DNA of 64,000 nucleotides, taken from Minisyncoccia bacterium. GTDB taxonomy: Bacteria > Patescibacteriota > Minisyncoccia > Phycocordibacterales > UBA9973. Numbering within the stretch: the first letter of the stretch is position 1; every line of letters starts with the position of its first letter. This document shows, in pieces, positions 20,204 to 28,394 of this stretch. Under the pieces are notes generated by a model that saw only the letters and a program-made list of their open reading frames with translations, ran no database searches and was not told the origin of the DNA. Both the position numbers and the translations under genes were made by a program. The stretch spans positions 10,980-74,979 of the forward strand of contig JBBQGX010000001.1 in NCBI GenBank assembly GCA_038323465.1. Direction: 5' to 3'.

Positions 20204-21705
20204 TTATGTTTACCTTTACTTATAAAGTATTTTTTATTTTCATAAGGCCAAAATAATATATGTGGATCTGCTTTATTACCAAGATTTTTATGATTATTCC
20301 TATATTCTGAATTTTCTAGAAGAAGATTATTTTTAATAGATTCGGCTATATCAATTTTTACTTTTGTTTTTAAATCTTGTCCAAGTTTATTTTCTATATG
20401 AATAAATAACCTCTGGTCCTGATTTTTAGTCATTCTAATTTCAAGTGTACACTTCCCTGTAAAAAATTCGTTAAATTCTTTCTTTAAAAGAACTTTTCTT
20501 ATTGTTTCAGGATAAATATTTGCTCCATAGAAACTAACTGAGAAATCTTCTCTTTCATATATATAAACAAACGGGATTTTCCAAACAGTATCATATATTT
20601 TTACTTTTTTAGCTTCTTTTAGTAGATCTATTCCTGAATTTTTTGCAATATTTATCATTTCCTCATAACTATAAATCCCACCTAAGTCTTTTAGGTCGTA
20701 GCGGAATAATGGCAAACCACTTGAAGATGAACATATAATATTATTATTTACATTTTCAAAATAAAACTGCTCTGGGATGTACTGAGTCAATGTTGGTAAT
20801 TTGTAATTGTTTCCAAATAATTCTGTATAAAACTTATGATTTTTTAAAGCCAAAGTTCTTATTAATACTGATATGGGCGTCTCGTATGATTTAGTCCCAA
20901 TATCAACCGTTCCATAATGATTCAAGGTGTCTTTATAATAGTTCTTTAAATGAGTTTTTTTCGCTATGTAATCTCTGAAATCTTCAGAAAATCCTTCTGC
21001 AGAAAAAATAAATTTAACATTATAGTCTTCCCATTTTAATTTATTTGTAATACTAAAATCAACAAAATCTTTTATGAATGGTGGGTAACCACCGATTATT
21101 ATTTGGTCAAAATATGGAGCAAACTTTTTGAGGGCATTATATATTTCAGTCTTATTAATACCTGGATTTATTATGCTTATTTTATACTTACCTTTTTCAG
21201 AGATATGTTTAATCGCTTGGTAGGTAAATAAACCCCCGATCCAAACCCCCATAGCAAATCCATTTATATACAGAGTTGATTTTTTATCAATATCAAAATT
21301 AGTTAATAGGTACAATTCTGCAGTCAATGCATATTGTAAATCTTGCATATTTGTTCTTGGGAAATAAAAAGGTTCACCAGTTGATCCTGAAGTAGAGGAA
21401 ATAACCCATGAAGTATTATTAAAATCTCCATTCCAACATAAATCTTTTAAATCAGACTTTTTTAAATAAGAATCTTTTGAGATAATAGGTAGGTTTTTTA
21501 TATCAGCAATTTTTTTTATTTCTCTACTATCTACATTTTTTTCTTTCAGTAATTTCTTATATGCAGGAACACAGACTGCCATTTCTTTGAAAAGTCTTAG
21601 TACCGACTCTTCTCCTCTTTTAATCCAGTATTTTTCAGATTTATTCTTGAGATATTTTAAGAATAAATGACTATTTTTGAAATATTTTTCTATTGGATAT
21701 ACCAT
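20188..21705 (-). CDS. PaaK/phenylacetate-CoA ligase-like adenylate-forming enzyme
   Basis: VPAY, STSGSTGEP P-loop, HYGTVD, PLFRYDLKDLG, GANIYPE. Confidence 0.88.
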   Translation of the reverse strand: MVYPIEKYFKNSHLFLKYLKNKSEKYWIKRGEESVLRLFKEMAVCVPAYKKLLKEKNVDSREIKKIADIKNLPIISKDSYLKKSDLKDLCWNGDFNNTSWVISSTSGSTGEPFYFPRTNMQDLQYALTAELYLLTNFDIDKKSTLYINGFAMGVWIGGLFTYQAIKHISEKGKYKISIINPGINKTEIYNALKKFAPYFDQIIIGGYPPFIKDFVDFSITNKLKWEDYNVKFIFSAEGFSEDFRDYIAKKTHLKNYYKDTLNHYGTVDIGTKSYETPISVLIRTLALKNHKFYTELFGNNYKLPTLTQYIPEQFYFENVNNNIICSSSSGLPLFRYDLKDLGGIYSYEEMINIAKNSGIDLLKEAKKVKIYDTVWKIPFVYIYEREDFSVSFYGANIYPETIRKVLLKKEFNEFFTGKCTLEIRMTKNQDQRLFIHIENKLGQDLKTKVKIDIAESIKNNLLLENSEYRNNHKNLGNKADPHILFWPYENKKYFISKGKHKWVKK

Positions 21706-21717
21706 AAAATTACATGT

Positions 21718-22791
21718 TTATCTATATTTATTTATGATAGATAAACCAATATTTTCAGAAACCATAAACGGAGGTAATTTCTTTTTTTTACTTTCTAAAA
21801 AAATTTTATTTAAAACCATAGCGATCTTATTAATCTTTTTCATCAACCTTTTGTCATTTTGTTTTCCATATACATACTCATCGATTACTGAAATCAAACC
21901 TCCAGAATTTACAATATAGTCTGGGCAATACAATATACCCTTTTTATGCAATTCTTTACCAATCTCTATATCTGTTAATTGATTATTGGCTGAACCAACA
22001 ATAATCTTACACTTTAAATCTTTTATAGATTTATCATTTAAAGCACCAGAGAGTGCACAAGGACAGAATACATCTACTTTTTGTTTGTGAATTTCTCCAA
22101 CTGGAGCTACTTTCACAAATGGATATAATTTCTTTATTTCTTTTAATCTATTTTTATCAATATCAGCAATATAAATATTTTTAGCTCCTCCATTAATCAA
22201 AATCTTAAGAATTTCCATCCCAACTTTTCCTACCCCTTGGATAGCGTAAGAATATTTTTCATATTTTTTATCTTTAAATACATTAAGAAGGGCCACGTCT
22301 AGTGATTTTATGACACCTAATCCTGTAGCTTTTTCTGGATTTGCAACATAACCAACTAAGTATTTAGTATATTTCTTCATGTATTCCAAGTCTCCAACAT
22401 TTAGACCAACATCTGTTCCTGTTACAAATACACCTCCAAGCTCATTTAAACCTTCTGCATAAGCTCTCAATAACTTTTCTCTTGAAAACTTTCCTTTTGG
22501 TTTTACGATTACTGCTTTGGCACCTCCATAAGGTAATCCTGCGAGTGCGCTTTTATAAGACATCAATCTCCCCAAACGTAGAGCATCTCTAAGCCCATCT
22601 TTTTTAGAAGGATAGTCCCATAATCTTGTTGCTCCAAAAGAAGGAAGATTTTTATTTCTTTTATGAACAGCTATATAAGCATCTAATTTTGCTTTTTTAT
22701 CTTCCAAATGAACAACCATAAAATGATTGTTATACTCTGAAAGTGGCAATAAGAATTCTGGTTGAATTATCTTTGTATTATTTTTTTTCAT
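21718..22791 (-). CDS. Glu/Leu/Phe/Val dehydrogenase (leucine dehydrogenase-like)
   Basis: GATR, MSYKSALAGLPYGGAK (catalytic Lys), GVGKVG, PCAL, GSANNQL, PDYIVNSGG. Confidence 0.92.
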   Translation of the reverse strand: MKKNNTKIIQPEFLLPLSEYNNHFMVVHLEDKKAKLDAYIAVHKRNKNLPSFGATRLWDYPSKKDGLRDALRLGRLMSYKSALAGLPYGGAKAVIVKPKGKFSREKLLRAYAEGLNELGGVFVTGTDVGLNVGDLEYMKKYTKYLVGYVANPEKATGLGVIKSLDVALLNVFKDKKYEKYSYAIQGVGKVGMEILKILINGGAKNIYIADIDKNRLKEIKKLYPFVKVAPVGEIHKQKVDVFCPCALSGALNDKSIKDLKCKIIVGSANNQLTDIEIGKELHKKGILYCPDYIVNSGGLISVIDEYVYGKQNDKRLMKKINKIAMVLNKIFLESKKKKLPPFMVSENIGLSIINKYR

Positions 22792-23852
22792 ATAGAAAGA
22801 TTATAATGACGAACAATTGATAATTCTTTATTGTTTTCTATTATCTCTTTTATCGCGAAAGTCACTACAACTCCCCCATAAATAGCAGCACTACCAAGTT
22901 GTGACCATGAGACAAGCTCTTTATCCATAACTTTCTTTACTGAAGCAATCATTTTAGGATCAACTTTATCAAATCCTCCTACAATATCATTAATTATGAT
23001 GCCACCAGCATCTTCTTTTGTAATCTTTTTATTCTTTAAATAATTCCAATGTTTAATATCTTTATCAAAAATTTTCTTATAACCTAAATCATAACGTTCA
23101 ATATGAAGTACTACTCCGTCACCATTATCGGTAATCATAATAACAGGAATTTTATATTTATAAGCTAATATACGAACCTCAATTTTCATCAAGATATCAT
23201 CAATCTCTTCTATTATGCAGTCTAACTTTTTATTTTTTAATAAAATTTCAAGATTTATTGTATTAACACCCTTTTTCATAAGTGTTACTTTTGCATATGG
23301 ATTATCCTCATATATACGACGAGAAGCAACGGTTGTTTTATTTAAACCAATCTGATGAACACCAGCTAATATTCTATTTAAATTCGTAGTATCTAAGTTA
23401 TCAAAATCTGCAATTGTTATTGAGTTAGAAATTCCGGCCTGAGTGAGAACAAAAGCGATATTACTACCAACACTCATACCAAAAACACCAACCTTGTAAT
23501 TAGAAAGCTTTTTCTGTTCTTCTTTTGTTATTAGATCTTGATTTCGATTAGTCTTAAGAGTTAAATAATCATTTTTAGTGATAATTTTTACCATAGTGTG
23601 ATTCCATGGGTAGTATACATGCGTATAATTCTTTTCATTAACTTTAACAAAGTTAGCAAAATCATTACTTTTGTAAACCTTTTTCTTATCTTCTCCTATA
23701 AAATGATGATTTTTTATAAAGAAAAGTTCTTTTAATTGAAAAGAAAAAGCATCTACATATGTAGTGTGTGGATTCTTTTTTAGAAAAATATTTACTATTT
23801 TATCATCTTTAAAAAAAATAGGACTATCACTCAAATTATTACTTGTATTCAT
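22788..23852 (-). CDS. Rv1355c-type ThiF/E1-like adenylyltransferase
   Basis: VYYPW...TNRNQDLITKEEQ, GMSVG, ADFDNLDTTNLNR, ERYD, SWSQL; no C-terminal CxxC zinc pairs. Confidence 0.88.
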   Translation of the reverse strand: MNTSNNLSDSPIFFKDDKIVNIFLKKNPHTTYVDAFSFQLKELFFIKNHHFIGEDKKKVYKSNDFANFVKVNEKNYTHVYYPWNHTMVKIITKNDYLTLKTNRNQDLITKEEQKKLSNYKVGVFGMSVGSNIAFVLTQAGISNSITIADFDNLDTTNLNRILAGVHQIGLNKTTVASRRIYEDNPYAKVTLMKKGVNTINLEILLKNKKLDCIIEEIDDILMKIEVRILAYKYKIPVIMITDNGDGVVLHIERYDLGYKKIFDKDIKHWNYLKNKKITKEDAGGIIINDIVGGFDKVDPKMIASVKKVMDKELVSWSQLGSAAIYGGVVVTFAIKEIIENNKELSIVRHYNLSI

Positions 23853-23894
23853 ATATAATTAGATTATACCATAAGGTATAATTATTGTAAAAAT

Positions 23895-24947
23895 TTAAAC
23901 CTCGGATTGTTGCATGGTAATACAGTGAAGGCCACCACCACCATAAATTAATTTTGTACAATCTATTTTTATTATTTTACGATTTGGAAATAATGATTGA
24001 ATTATTTCTATTGCCTTCTCATCATTTGGATCATTAAAAATAGGCATCAAGATAATAGTATTCCCGATGTAAAAATTTGTATATGATACTGGAGCCTTTT
24101 CTCCACTATTATAATTCATATGAGGCATTGGTAATTTAATGACTTTAAATTTATTACCATCTTTATCTGTAGCATTTTCTAATACCTTATAGTTATCATC
24201 CAATATAGAATAATTAGGGTCATTTATATCATCTTCATAAGCACAAACTATAGTATTTTGGCTCACAAAACGAGCTATCTCATCTATGTGTCCATCGGTA
24301 TGATCATTTGTTAGTCCTTCTTTGAGCCAAATAATATTAACTACTCCAAAATAATCTTTTAAATATTTTTCTATTTGAGGTTTTTCAACATTACCATTTC
24401 TATTTGTATTTAGGAGGCATTGCTCTGTTGTTAGAAGTGTACCTTCTCCATTCACTTCTATTGCTCCACCTTCGAGTACTATACCTGTCCTAAATATTTT
24501 ATTTTTTGAGTCATTTAAAATACTATCAAATACTTTATCATCTTTCATTAAGTCAGAAAAATAAGGATCATCTTTTTTGCCATAAGCATTGTAATCCCAA
24601 TTCACATAAGCGAGATCAACTCTCTCTGTACTCCGTAAGGTTATAGGTGTATAATCTCGAGTCCAAACATCAGCATAATCTTTTATAAAAAAGATTACTT
24701 GGGATAAATTTACATTATTATTATTTAAAATATCTTGTATTCGAATTTTTTCTATTTCATTTAAAACTAAAATATTTATAATCTCATTTTCCTCTAGTGC
24801 TTTTACAATATCACAATAAGTTTTTTCAATCTCAGGTATTAATCCTGGAAAAGTCGTATCATCATATGGCCAAGCAAGCCAAGTGGCTGAATGATTTTCC
24901 CATTCTGCTGGCATATAGTAGCCTTGTTCTTTTGGAGTTAATTCCAT
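23895..24947 (-). CDS. aguA: Agmatine deiminase
   Basis: MPAEW..H, WTRDY, LEGG, HTDGHID, GGGLHCITMQQ. Confidence 0.95.
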   Translation of the reverse strand: MELTPKEQGYYMPAEWENHSATWLAWPYDDTTFPGLIPEIEKTYCDIVKALEENEIINILVLNEIEKIRIQDILNNNNVNLSQVIFFIKDYADVWTRDYTPITLRSTERVDLAYVNWDYNAYGKKDDPYFSDLMKDDKVFDSILNDSKNKIFRTGIVLEGGAIEVNGEGTLLTTEQCLLNTNRNGNVEKPQIEKYLKDYFGVVNIIWLKEGLTNDHTDGHIDEIARFVSQNTIVCAYEDDINDPNYSILDDNYKVLENATDKDGNKFKVIKLPMPHMNYNSGEKAPVSYTNFYIGNTIILMPIFNDPNDEKAIEIIQSLFPNRKIIKIDCTKLIYGGGGLHCITMQQSEV

Positions 24948-24948
24948 A

Positions 24949-25818
24949 TTACTTTTTAGAAATTTTATTTGTTATTAATTTATAAGTATCAGGTCTACGA
25001 TTACGCATAAAGCCCCAACTCTCTGATATATAATTATTCATTTCTAAATCTAAAGTTTCAACAACAATCTCTTCTTTATTCTTACTTGCTTTTTTTAATA
25101 TTTTTCCAAAAGCATCAGAAACGAATGATTGACCCCAGAAGTCAGACTTACCCTCTATTCCAGTCCTATTTACGGCTATTACAGGTAGACTATTGGCAAT
25201 AGCATGTCCTCTCATCACAGTCTCCCAGGCATCATGCCAGTCACCTTCTATAGGAATTTCTCCTACTATATTACCTATAGCTGTAGGGTAAAATATCATT
25301 TCAGCACCTCCGAGCTTGGCCATACGAGCAGCTTCTGGAAACCATTGATCAAAACATATCAAAACTGCATAAGTGATATTTTTATGTTTAAATAATCTAT
25401 AACCATTATCCCCTTCAGTAAAATAATCTTTTTCGTAAAATCCTGGATCATGTGGTATATGAATTTTTCTATAAAAGGGTTGTATTTCTCCTTTTTCATT
25501 TAAAACAACAACAGTATTAAAGAATTTACCATTTTTAGCTTTTTCATAAATTGGCAAGATAATAGAGCATCCATATTTTATTGATATAGATTTAAATACT
25601 TCTGTAGATTCGCCTGGAATAGTTTCGGTAAAAGTTGAGATATCTACACCTTTTTTATTTGGGAAATATGGTGTTTTGTATAATTCTTGTAGACAAATAA
25701 TCTCGGCTCCATTTTGAGCGGCAACTTCCACCATATCTAAAGTTTTATCAAGATTTAATTTTAAATCATCGGAAACTTTACTTTGGACTAATCCAATTGT
25801 AATAATTTTTTTCTTCAT
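24949..25818 (-). CDS. aguB: N-carbamoylputrescine amidase (nitrilase fold)
   Basis: CLQEL, YRKIHIP, YEKDYF, ICFDQWFPEAAR, YPTAIG; adjacent to aguA. Confidence 0.92.
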   Translation of the reverse strand: MKKKIITIGLVQSKVSDDLKLNLDKTLDMVEVAAQNGAEIICLQELYKTPYFPNKKGVDISTFTETIPGESTEVFKSISIKYGCSIILPIYEKAKNGKFFNTVVVLNEKGEIQPFYRKIHIPHDPGFYEKDYFTEGDNGYRLFKHKNITYAVLICFDQWFPEAARMAKLGGAEMIFYPTAIGNIVGEIPIEGDWHDAWETVMRGHAIANSLPVIAVNRTGIEGKSDFWGQSFVSDAFGKILKKASKNKEEIVVETLDLEMNNYISESWGFMRNRRPDTYKLITNKISKK

Positions 25819-25839
25819 GGTGTTTAAAAGCTTTGTAAA

Positions 25840-26862
25840 TTATATATACTTTTTAATTATCTCGTTGGCTTCTGTAGGATTCTTTTTACATTCAAGTAGT
25901 GCTGTCAACATTAGAGGCACCACGATTGTAGCGTCTGATTCTATTACGAACATTGGGGTATCTTTTGTAAGTTTATCCCAAGTAATCTTCTCGTTTGGAG
26001 TAGCACCTGAGTAAGAACCATATGAAGTTGTTGAATCTGAAATTTGGCAGAAATAAGCCCATGGTTTAACATTTTCTACCTCCATATCATACTTGAGAGA
26101 TGGGACTACGCATATAGGGAAATCTCCTGAGATACCACCGCCGATTTGGAAGAATCCGATACCCTCACCTTTTGAAAGTTCTTGGTATTGATCATAAAAG
26201 GCTCCCATGTATTCGATACCCGACTTGGCAATACTGGCACTACATTCACCTATTTTGACATGAGAAGCGAAAATATTTCCAAAAGTTGAATCCTCATAAC
26301 CTGGAACAACAATAGGGATATTATTCTCTGCTGCTGCAAGAAGCCAACATTCTTCTGCTTTACCTTCATGTTCGCTTTTATCTATCTGCTTGATCAAGTC
26401 ATAAAAATATTCATGCCAAAATTTACGAGTACCGTCCTCTGTTGCTTTTTTCCATGTAGGAACAATATGCTTTTCAACTGCACGAAATGCTTCGTCTTCT
26501 GGAATACTTGTATCTGTCACACGACGCATACGATCCTCGAGGATTTTAGTATCGTCTTCTTTTGTAAAATATCTATAGTCAGGAAAATCTTTATAACTAT
26601 CATGAGCTACAAGACGAAAAAGTGATTCTTCTATATTTGCACCTGTAACAGACATACCAGAGATAAGACCTTCACGGATAGCTGGAGCAAGAGTTATTCC
26701 AAGCTGAGCAGATGACATAGCACCACCCATAGCCCAAAACATTTTGCCTCCTTTTTCTATATGTTGCCAATAAGAGATAAGTGCATCTTTTGTTGCACGA
26801 GAATTAAAATTCTTGTAATTTTTTAGAATAAATTCTAATGTAGGTAGATTTGATTTTTCCAT
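25840..26862 (-). CDS. Deoxyhypusine synthase-like protein (probable homospermidine/aminobutyl-transferring enzyme)
   Basis: TGANIEE, DSTFG, IGGG, YGSYSGATPNEKITWDKL (catalytic Lys region), ESDAT. Confidence 0.9.
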   Translation of the reverse strand: MEKSNLPTLEFILKNYKNFNSRATKDALISYWQHIEKGGKMFWAMGGAMSSAQLGITLAPAIREGLISGMSVTGANIEESLFRLVAHDSYKDFPDYRYFTKEDDTKILEDRMRRVTDTSIPEDEAFRAVEKHIVPTWKKATEDGTRKFWHEYFYDLIKQIDKSEHEGKAEECWLLAAAENNIPIVVPGYEDSTFGNIFASHVKIGECSASIAKSGIEYMGAFYDQYQELSKGEGIGFFQIGGGISGDFPICVVPSLKYDMEVENVKPWAYFCQISDSTTSYGSYSGATPNEKITWDKLTKDTPMFVIESDATIVVPLMLTALLECKKNPTEANEIIKKYI

Positions 26863-26907
26863 AATATTTTTAATTATTAATTAGTAATTTTTAATTCTTT
26901 TATTATA

Positions 26908-28293
26908 CTACCAGCCGAAATTTTTACCAATATCTTCAGGAGATTCATGTTTTTTTGCAACTACAACATGTCCATTCTCTACTAAGATTTTCATAGGGGA
27001 CGAAAGCATGCAGTGCTGAGCAGCAAGTGAAGTTTGATATGCACCTGTGTCATAAACAACTATATACATGGGTCCCTCACTAATATCATTAGAGTCAAAT
27101 TCAGGTAGTGTAACAACTCCATCAACTCCCGTATAGATATCATCGGAATCACAAGATGAACCTGCAAGCCATACATCGGTCAAATCCCCATCCCTCTTAT
27201 TATTTACAGGTGAAATAGCCCATTTTTGCCCTATAGCCCAAGTATCAAGGAGATCATTCATAAAGCTACCATCTATCACATACCATTTTTTAGCAGGACT
27301 TTTCTTATTATTAATAGGTTTTGTATTTATAACTTTAAAGACTGAAATTTGAGCAGGAGCAACTATATAGCGACCCCATTCACAAACAAGATTTGGATGT
27401 GGAAGTTCTCTTTTTTCAGATTCTTTTTTAATAAGTTCAAAAATTTTCTCCATCAATTTATCTACAGGGTAGCCTTTGGTCCTCATATATGGTATTGGCA
27501 TACCTCCACCGATATCAAGAGTATCGAGAGATGGATTCTTTTCTTTTAATTTGAAAAAAACATCTAGTGCGTATTTAATTGGTCCAATCACATCAGAAAG
27601 TTTTTCAATTTGAGATCCAATATGATAGTGGAGTATTTTCAAATTTTTAAAAGTACTCATATCAAGAATTTCTTTGGCAGAAAACCCAAAACGATCAATA
27701 GGTTTATTCCAATAAGAACTAGCCTTGATAGGCATGTCTAGGCGGATACCGACATCGTATTTTGAATATTGTAAAAATTTAAGTTCATTGGGTCCTTCAA
27801 TGAGTGGGAAAATTTTAACACCTTTGTGTTGCAGGTCGTCAATCAGATTGATGTAATTATCGGTTTTTGGACCAGAGCAAAGAATACGGATATTCGGATT
27901 GAAAGTCTCTTGATCAAGCATTTTCTTGACCATCCAAAGTTCATTGTACGAAGAAGTCTCCAAATGAGCTCCTTCACCAACAATAGACATAACTATTTCT
28001 TTACTTTGGTTTACCTTCATCGGATAATGATAAAAGAATTTACCCTTATATCCAACTTTCTTTGAAAGTGCAGCAGCTAAATCAAGAAAGTCTTCTAAGC
28101 GTTCTTCTATCACAAAAGGCATCAGTATCTCTAGTGATGTCCCAAACTTTTCGGCTAAATATTTAACATTATAAATATTGTGACCTTCTTTAATTATGAG
28201 ATCTCCCTCCTTATTAAAATCAAAATACTGAGTATTGAAATCATTGACACCAAGCTTCCAAAGTTTCTTGGAAGCGATTGAACGTTTAGTCAT
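26908..28293 (-). CDS. speA: PLP-dependent group IV decarboxylase, arginine decarboxylase-like (short form)
   Basis: YPMKVNQ PLP-Lys motif, HYHIGSQ, DIGGG, EWGRY, SCDSDD, GAYQ; in an operon with aguAB. Confidence 0.82.
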   Translation of the reverse strand: MTKRSIASKKLWKLGVNDFNTQYFDFNKEGDLIIKEGHNIYNVKYLAEKFGTSLEILMPFVIEERLEDFLDLAAALSKKVGYKGKFFYHYPMKVNQSKEIVMSIVGEGAHLETSSYNELWMVKKMLDQETFNPNIRILCSGPKTDNYINLIDDLQHKGVKIFPLIEGPNELKFLQYSKYDVGIRLDMPIKASSYWNKPIDRFGFSAKEILDMSTFKNLKILHYHIGSQIEKLSDVIGPIKYALDVFFKLKEKNPSLDTLDIGGGMPIPYMRTKGYPVDKLMEKIFELIKKESEKRELPHPNLVCEWGRYIVAPAQISVFKVINTKPINNKKSPAKKWYVIDGSFMNDLLDTWAIGQKWAISPVNNKRDGDLTDVWLAGSSCDSDDIYTGVDGVVTLPEFDSNDISEGPMYIVVYDTGAYQTSLAAQHCMLSSPMKILVENGHVVVAKKHESPEDIGKNFGW

Positions 28294-28394
28294 TTTCTTA
28301 TATCAGGCATTTGTATACCCGTAATAACAAATAATAATAACATGACATATCATAACAAAATGAACGGATTTGTAAAGGAAATTATATAAATATA

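Noticed and set aside
22788-23852. Thiamine/molybdopterin or ubiquitin-like (E1) system, or a RiPP cluster
   Set aside because: No ThiS/MoaD-like carrier, E2, JAB or precursor peptide lies next to it; the motifs match the Rv1355c type.
25840-26862. Hypusination of a translation factor
   Set aside because: No eIF5A or efp is nearby; the speA-aguAB context points to polyamine synthesis.
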